DNA from: Octopus vulgaris
Taxonomy: Eukaryota
Direction: 5' to 3'
NCBI GenBank assembly: GCA_951406725.2
Contig: OX597824.1
Location: 7,626,001 to 7,690,000 of the forward strand
Length of the DNA stretch: 64,000 nucleotides
The notes under the pieces were generated by a model. It was not told the DNA's origin. It was given only the letters and a program-made list of their open reading frames with translations, and made no database searches. Shown piece by piece: positions 54,905 to 64,000 of the stretch. Within the stretch, counting starts at the first letter, position 1. Every line of letters starts with the position of its first letter. Made by a program: the position numbers and the translations under genes.

Positions 54905-56408
54905 TATATAGGTGTGTGTGTATGTGTATTATATGCCTTTTCTAAAAAGTTCATAAAAACGTGACCGCTGAAAGAAAGGTATTGAATGTTTTTATAGCTA
55001 TACATGGAAATCAAATTCACACACACACTCACACACACACATCACATACATACATGCATACATGCATATACACACATACATACATACATACATACATACA
55101 CGTACACACATCAGACATACATACATATCATACATACATACATACATACATACATACATGCATATCACGAAGGTGAGTGTCACGCCCTTAAGTGACCTTT
55201 TAGACCGATTCTTGATGCTTTGTGGCTGTTCTTCTCTCTTACGTTTAGCAGTTTTTAAGCGAGAGTTAGATAGTGCAGTCCGATGTCACTCCACTCTTCA
55301 GTTTTGGGGGTTTAAGTAAAGATACTCAGCGGATTCCGACGGCTGATGTGATCAGCAAACTATAGCTTTTACTCTGGAGTGGCCTGCTCTCAGGGAAATG
55401 GCCTAACAAGGCTAAAGAGCCCCACCGACCCAGTTGTTGCCGGAAAGGGTGTCAGAGAGGGCACTGGACACTCAGAGTGCTCCACACTTTGATTTGCTGT
55501 CGTGGTAGACTCCCCTAGCCTTTTCCTTTCTCAGGTGACACTGTGTCAGGTCAAAACAGGCAATAATGATACGGATGTAGTTTCACACATCTCATGGCCT
55601 TGAAACTTCCGAACCAGGACATTACGACTTGAAGCAATGTGTGCATGTACACACACACACACACACACATGCGTCATTTGAGAGTAGAAGTAGAAGCGAG
55701 GAGGTTACCTCATCAACACCTCATGTTGGAACCTGACTAGCATAGTGTTCGAATGACCGAAGGACGATGAGTTACACTTCATTTGATTTAAAAGGACCAC
55801 TTTACCAATAGAAGGCACGCATATCAAAAGGACATTCAACTGAGAAGTCAAATTAATGTTACGTGCGTTTCGGTGAACGAAATTAATGTATTTTATATCA
55901 CGTATGAAGTTAAGTAATTCCGAGAAATATTTGGCAGACAGAAAGAATCTGTGCAGAAGTATACACACTCACACACGTACACACACACACTCACACTTAC
56001 TCACTCACACATACATCATTTGAGAGTATAAGTAGAAGCCAAGCGATTATCTCATCAACACCTCATACTGAAACCTGACTAGCATAGTATCGAGTAACTG
56101 AAAAATGAGGAGTTATGTATGTTTCGGTGAACGAACTCAATGTATTTTATATTACATATTAATTTATGCAATTCCGACAATATTTTACGTATTTGCCCGG
56201 CTGTCGACACGCCCCGTGAAAATTCATCTTGCATTGCAAGTTTATCTCATAAATTAATTATAATTCAAATTAATATCTCTGAAGAAGAGAATAAGCACTA
56301 ATTTCATTTGATACGTTACATAACTTCATATTATGTATTCGGAAATAAATTACGGTCGTTTATAGAATCATGTGAAAGAGAAATTTTGACTTCTTTTTAC
56401 CTCAATTA

Positions 56409-56538
<130 letters not shown>

Positions 56539-56822
56539 ATAGTAGGGAATATAAAATTCCAAACTTACAAGGGAAAATTCAATTTAGTAATTCTAAATCA
56601 AGTTTCACAATATATATATATGTATATATATAATTAAGAGAAATAACCTCTGTTAAGTAATTCAAATGATAGTGAAAGATATTATCTATGATTTTTAGAA
56701 TAATATTTATTATAATATATTAAAATTTTTTCTATATGATTTAATATAGATATCTTTCACCATCAATTGGATTACTTAATAGAGGTTATTTCTCTTAATT
56801 ATATACATACACACACACACAC

Positions 56823-56892
<70 letters not shown>

Positions 56893-57349
56893 CGAAGTAA
56901 TGGCGCAAAGCAGTGTTTACGTATGATCACAATTTAGGTTAGTTGAAATATATCTGTCACATATTTCAACTGCCAAAGGCAGTTAACGTGGAGAAGAAAA
57001 TCACTCTTATGGTAAAAAAAAGTGTGAAAACATCCAGTTCCTTCAGTGGCGCCATCTCTCGAGAATCTCAGACATCGAGGTTTCGAGTTTATTGACTCTT
57101 GTCAATGAGATGTACCTAAGAGAGACAACTCTGAACGAACTTAATAAGGCTTGAGCTTTATATATAATCCAGCCAACACGTTGAGTGATTTGCGCGAATA
57201 GATCGTCCGATCGAGAAAAATAACGAAGTAATGGCGCAAAATCAGTGTTTACATATGACCACGTTATCTGCAGTGTATTTGCCTTTAGCAGTTGAAATAT
57301 GTGACAAACATATTTCAACTGACCTAAATTGTGATTATACGTAAACACT

Positions 57350-57830
57350 GTGGTGGGGTGGGATGTAGGTGTGGGGATGGGTGTGGTACGTGGGAGTGGG
57401 ATGTAGTGGGGTGGAGGTGGTATCAATGAAGAGAAAGGGTGGGTAGGAGTGAAGAGAGGAAGTAGGTGTCAGATGAAAAGAAGGGAGTTGAGCCCATTTG
57501 AAGCAAACGAGCGAAGGGAAAAGATTAATTCCTGTTTTACGGCGAGGGCGGGAGTAAAAATGGACCCTGTGCAAAGTCAATCCGAACAGACAGGTGACCG
57601 GTAGAGTGGAAATGGCGTGAGACAGGGGTGTCATTGCTGAGTCTGATGTCTCGGACGTGGTCCACGAACCGGTCAGCCAAACGGCGTCCCGTTTCACCGA
57701 TGTACAGAAAAAGAGCAGAAAGAGCAGGAGATGTAGGAAATGGAAGTGCAAGTAAAGAAGTCGGTGATATGATAGGGACGATGATGGGTGCCAGTGAGGA
57801 TGTTAGTGTCGGAGAGGAAGGGCAAGTGCA
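57350..57830 (-). mobile_element. Penelope-like GIY-YIG fragment
   Basis: LYIGETGRRLADRFVDHVRDIRLSNDTPVSRHFHSTGH. Confidence 0.8.
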
Positions 57831-57851
57831 GCAGCGTGAGCAGATATATGC

Positions 57852-57912
<61 letters not shown>

Positions 57913-57937
57913 GGGAGAGAGAGAGAGAGAGAGAGAA

Positions 57938-57986
<49 letters not shown>

Positions 57987-58983
57987 GAGATATTCTTTTA
58001 TTTGTTTCAGGCATTTGACTGCGGCCATGCTGGAGCACCGCCTTTAGTCGAGCAAATCGACCCCAGGACATATTCTTTGTAAGCCTAGTACTTATTCTAA
58101 CGGTCTCTTTTGCCGAACCGCTATATTACGGGCATAGGAAATCGATAGAATAAGGGCCACGTTTTGAAAACTGAGTAGTGAGTCCGGTATATTAGTCTAA
58201 AACCCCTTCAGCACGACCCCAGAATACCCAGCACGACCCCAGTCGAATGATTGAAACAAGCAAAAGATGAAAGATTACAAAACAATTAAATCTGTTTGGG
58301 GGAAGTTACGCAGAGAATGGCATAGAGCTCAAAAGTACACGTAGCCCCCACCCCCGTCCGAGTACACTCTTTTAGTTATCTAGCGCCGCTCAAAGCAGTA
58401 CATTTAGTAGTTGTTGTTGTTGTTGCTATTATTATTATCATTATTATTATTTTCGTAAAGAGTAGTTTTCCCAGGATGTAGTTTCCTGTATCGAGAGGAA
58501 ATTCAAATATTAGAATCAGAGAAAATATATTTTGTGTGATGAGGTTGCCCCCCCCCCACTCCGATATACGCTCCTCCTTTTTCTTTTTCTCTTTCTTTAT
58601 GTGTATGTGTATACACATAAACGCATATATATATGCATGAGTCCCATATATATAAATATATATATGGATACACACACACACACACACACAGAGTTTGTGA
58701 TGGGAAAATTGTCGCCATTTAATATTTTTAATTTCGCCCATGCGCATTGTTTGTTTTTCGTTTTGTCAACTACACAGTATAGTAGGGTTAGTTGGGCATC
58801 ATCTGTGAGAAAAACAGGTCTATGATGCAATTCACTCAGCCAGAAATTCGGAAACGACATGCTGTGCTGCTTGGCATTCGTGCCGGAATCTCCTGTGCGA
58901 ATATTCCAGAATGTTAAACTACCATAATAAACCCGTGTAAACCACACCGTGTTTTAACTTTATTCAACTGGTACACACACACA

Positions 58984-59035
<52 letters not shown>

Positions 59036-59116
59036 ATTTATATAATCAGAAAATGGAGAAAACTTTTGATCAACAAAAAAATTGACCAACATCGGTTGAT
59101 TTAAAAAAATTTTTTT

Positions 59117-59312
59117 TTTTTTACTTGTTTCAGTCATTTGACTGCGGCCATGCTGGAACACCGCCTTTAGTCGAGCAAATCGACCCCGGGACTTATTCTT
59201 TGTAAGCCCAGTACTTATTCTATCGGTCTATTTTGCCGAACCGCTAAGTGACGGGGACGTAAACAAACCAGCATCGGTTGTCAAGCAATGCTAGGGGACA
59301 AACACACACACA

Positions 59313-59378
<66 letters not shown>

Positions 59379-59540
59379 CGACAGGCTTCTTTCAGTTTCC
59401 GTCTACCAAATCCACCCACAAGGCATTGGTCGGCCCGGGGCTATAGCAGAAGACATTTGCCCAAGATGCCACGCAGTGGGACTGAACCCGAAACCAGGTG
59501 GTTGGTTAGCAAGCTACTTACCACACAGCCACTCCTGCCC
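59117..59540 (-). mobile_element. CORE-type tRNA-derived SINE, near full length
   Basis: Head (gtgtggtaagtagcttgc...gggttcagtcccactgcgtggca.cttgggcaa), internal TA/TG microsatellite and tail (..ccagcatggccgcagtcaaatgactgaaacaag). Confidence 0.85.
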
Positions 59541-61228
59541 CTGATTATTTATTTTTAATACAAAACGGCATCTTTTGTATTTAAAAATAATCTACAGACG
59601 TAGTCCAATTTCTTTGTTGATCAAAAGTTTTCTTCATTTTCTGATTATCTAAACTTGATTCCTGATAACCTTTTGCTATTTCTATTGTTACCTGTACCCT
59701 ACAAGCATAGTGTGCCTGCATACCCATGCCCAGGGGTAGCATAGGTAACTATTGATACCGATAGTAAATACGGACATTGTTATTCTTTAGTTGGCTACTG
59801 CAGCCGCTAACTCTGCTTACCTCTAGTATATATACATATATTTCACTTTATGCATGTATATATATATATAAACCTGTCTGTAGCGTACCTATAATCTATA
59901 CTGGAAACAGCTGTAAGCCAAATTTGCTCTAATATAGGAAAAATATTTAATAACCATTATTCATAACCTGTCTTATATATATATATGTGTGTGTGTTTGT
60001 GTGTTTTTTCTCAGCGATCTCCTATCAGTTGCACTAATTTCCGAACTTTCTACATTCATATTATCTTTTTGAAGATCAGACTTAAGGTAGTTCTTGCATC
60101 TTATATATGGCCTTGTTCGGAGGCCATTCGTCAGAACATGGTTCTCCATAAAAACAGACACTCTAGGAGTCTTCTTTCTTGCATATGAAATTATATAACT
60201 TGCAAACTTTCGTCTGCTATATTGCATAACTCATTTAAAGTGTAACATACATCTAATAATTATCAGAGACATCTTTGCTGAAAACTTACCATCTGCTTAG
60301 CAAGTTTTGAATTTACTGTCTGCATCGAAAAGCCATAAAATGCGACTCACAAAAAGGCTTGTTTTGAAAGTGATATTTTGTGTAAATTATTCAGACTATA
60401 AGAAAAATCGTAATTTTCTACAAGATATCCACAACTTCTGTATTAACTTCTGTATTCTATTTGCGATCTCGTCATTAAAGCATGCACCTTCTGTTTAACA
60501 TGTTGACAAAATACTTGAAGTAAGATACAATTACTAAAGCTGTATCGTGTTTCGCTGTTTTATGGTTTCTGTTCAGCTTTCCAGAGCAGGGCTGATAAAG
60601 AATTACAGTTTTATCAAGATTTATTGCATGCCCTTCCATGTAACATACCAGTGACCTTTTGAAAATTGACTTTTTTTTTATATATTTTATCATTGTAAGC
60701 GATAATATCCCAACACTCAATGTACAAGAGATCTCTTATCGGGGATACAAGAATCTATGATTTAGAATTAAGGCATTTGAGGTTGAATTGCTTTACACTT
60801 GTGCTGTAGCGTATATAATATCTCTTAGAACTGTTTTTTGAAAGGGATTGAATCAATTATTTTGTGAGAGGAGCTGTTACAACAGCCGGTTTTACACTGA
60901 CGAATGAATGCAAATATCTTTGCTTCGGATTATATGTTTTTGTTATATCGCAATACTACAGAGTGCCTGTGTGTTCTACGAAATCCTCGTCGCCGCTGTT
61001 ATGTCGCACGTTCGGATGCCTCTGCTACTCAACTCCTACTACACTCTACTCTGTTCTAGTCTTCTCCCTCTATGTCTACGTATTGGGCTAGTCTACTTCA
61101 TCGTCTGGGGGCGTCCACACAGCAGTTTTTTACAACATTGATCTTCTCTCAGTCATTTGTTTCATTCATTTGACTGCGGCCATGCAGGGAGATGTCTCGC
61201 ACTTCATTATAAAATTGCCCTTTTGGGA

Positions 61229-61600
<372 letters not shown>

Positions 61601-62917
61601 TATAATATAATATAATATAATATATATATTTAGAGGAAGATTTTTTTCAAAAAGTTAAGATTAAGAAAAAAAATTTTTAGTGAGTAGAATGGTACTAACC
61701 TTTAGGAAGGGATTTCACAAATTGTGTGTAGGCTTTAATAAATGTGCAACCGCTTTCAGTTCTTAACGTTGTCAGAGAGAGAGAGGGGGGGGCAGAAAAC
61801 AGAAGTTGAAAATGCACTAAGAACACTTAAATTTATTTTATTATATTTAAAGATTTAACCGGTTTCACAGTTTACACTGATTTATACAATATATTCACCG
61901 CATCCTTGAGAGAGAAAGACGTGGGTTATACCGCAACAGCCTTGCTTGTGACTAATGTTTGAAGCTTGTCCTATTTTTATGGGGAGTACATGGTTCAAAT
62001 ATGTTTGGGTAGGACTTGATTGGTAGAGGATAGTCACATGACTGGTCTTTAAAATGTTTGTAAGTTCCCCGCTACGTCCGTATGTTAATATCACGTGATA
62101 GCGTTTGGTGTCGTAAGTCGAGGTTGACACGGTTGAATGAATACGTCTAGTGACAGTACCAAAACAATCCTCTGAATGTTATCTGCCAAGGGTTGTAGAA
62201 AATGAACACGTGATTAAGTTTAGAACCTCTTCTACGTTTCTCGCTACGTCCGTGCGTTAGTATCACGTGACAGCATATTTTGCGCCGTGAAATTAAAGCC
62301 GACACGGTTGAGTGAACATCTTTAGTTACAATCAATGCACTCTAAATTTAATTTGCCAGGCGTAAGTGTGGATAGGAATCGTTTGTCTTTTGTCGTAGGA
62401 GTTGTAACATCATTTTTCATAGTTTGGTGATATCTTACAATTATTTTAGATATTTCTAATGTTCATTTACCTTTTGCAAGTTTAGAAGTAATAAGAGATT
62501 TCTCTGGAGCACTTAAGTCACATTTACGATTCGTAATTAAACGATTATCAGACAACTCGTTAATAATTTGGAACACTGAAGGCCGCAGTTTGTTTACATT
62601 TGTGTAAAACCCAGAGCCAGCTCAAAGTACCGGCAACTCGGGCAGTCGCCCAGGGCGCCATGTGCTAGGGGGCGCCAAAGAGAGCGTGACAAAGACAAGG
62701 AAATTTCTACGACCATCAGCTTTTACACGCAAAAGTTCAACCTTTCCCGGGGCACCAACAATCCTAGGGCTGTCCCTGGCAAACCCTCAGGGTTTTTTTA
62801 TACGCCTCGCGCATATAACTTCTGCCATCATTCTATGGAAATTTCGTTGAATTCCAACGAATATTTTTTTTAAATAAAAAAAAAATGTTATGCTGTTAAT
62901 AGTTTGAAACGCAGTGT

Positions 62918-63333
62918 ATCTCTCTTTACTCTTTTACTTGTTTCAGCCATTTGACTGCGGCCATGCTGGAGCACCGCCTTTAGTCGAGCAAATCGACCCC
63001 GGGACTTATTCTTTGTAAGCCCAGTACTTATTCTATCGGTCTCTTTTGCCGAACCGCTCAGTGACGGGGACCTAAACACACCAGCATCGTTTGTCAAGCA
63101 ATGCTAGGGGGACAAACACAGACACACAAACACACACACATACATATACATATATATATATATATACATATATACGACGGGATTCTTTCAGTTTCCGTCT
63201 ACCAAATCCACTCACAAGACATTGGTCGGCCCGGGGCTATAGCAGAAGACACTTGCCCAAGATACCACGCAGTGGGACTGAACCCAGAACCATGTGGTTG
63301 GTTAGCAAGCTACTTACCACACAGCCACTCCTC
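62918..63333 (-). mobile_element. CORE-type SINE, near full length (same family as 59117)
   Basis: Closely similar to 59117-59540. Fragments also at about 2575-2760, 29020-29300, 32020-32165, 35590-36250, 39870-40275, 41415-41530, 53660-53815, 54135-54300 and 57990-58130. Confidence 0.85.
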
Positions 63334-63404
63334 CATAATATATACATACATGCGTATATATATATATAATGTATGAATGTATAATACATACATACGTATA
63401 TGCA

Positions 63405-63466
<62 letters not shown>

Positions 63467-63485
63467 TAGATAGATAGATATACAT

Positions 63486-63535
<50 letters not shown>

Positions 63536-63538
63536 ACA

Positions 63539-63614
<76 letters not shown>

Positions 63615-63616
63615 CA

Positions 63617-63726
<110 letters not shown>

Positions 63727-64000
63727 CATATATGTATATATATGCTTATATATATATATATACTTATATATATAAAACATATATATATATAGTGAAATGC
63801 TTTAAATTTCTTCTTGTAATCGTCTCCCCGGAGTCATTGTTTTTTTGTTAACTTAGCAAATGTCAATATCCAGTTTATCTTTAAATCCCATCGTAAAAGA
63901 TATCAAACAAATTTTGAAAGAAAGAAAAATATCACAAAATACAACAGCAAACAAACAATAACAAACACAGCAATACCGCCATGAAACAGCGATGAATAGC

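Overview
AT-rich, microsatellite-dense animal genomic DNA. The SINE content suggests an octopus (inference). Two host protein-coding pieces are supported, both on the + strand and both SLC22 (organic cation/anion, MFS) transporters. The first is the last six coding exons of one gene (399-8290, all GT-AG and phase-consistent); the second is the first coding exon of another SLC22 gene (52106-52235), so this looks like a tandem SLC22 cluster. The rest is decayed mobile DNA: Penelope-like (RT/GIY-YIG) remnants, R4/Dong, RTE and L1/Tx1 LINE fragments, Tc1/mariner elements and MITEs, a non-autonomous Helitron, two tRNA-derived SINE families and very many microsatellites, which produce nearly all ORFs in the supplied track. 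The most notable hidden layer is about 16 minimal type-I hammerhead ribozyme motifs from several families, most with a self-complementary stem III. Many sit in short cassettes beside (TA)n tracts, and a nested inverted-repeat cluster of them begins about 20 nt after the SLC22 stop codon. Also notable are a GGATC-ended TIR element carrying TTAGGG repeats and flanked by a perfect 55-bp duplication, and an unusual loss of charged residues in TM10/TM11 of the transporter. All coordinates were read by eye; TE boundaries are approximate.
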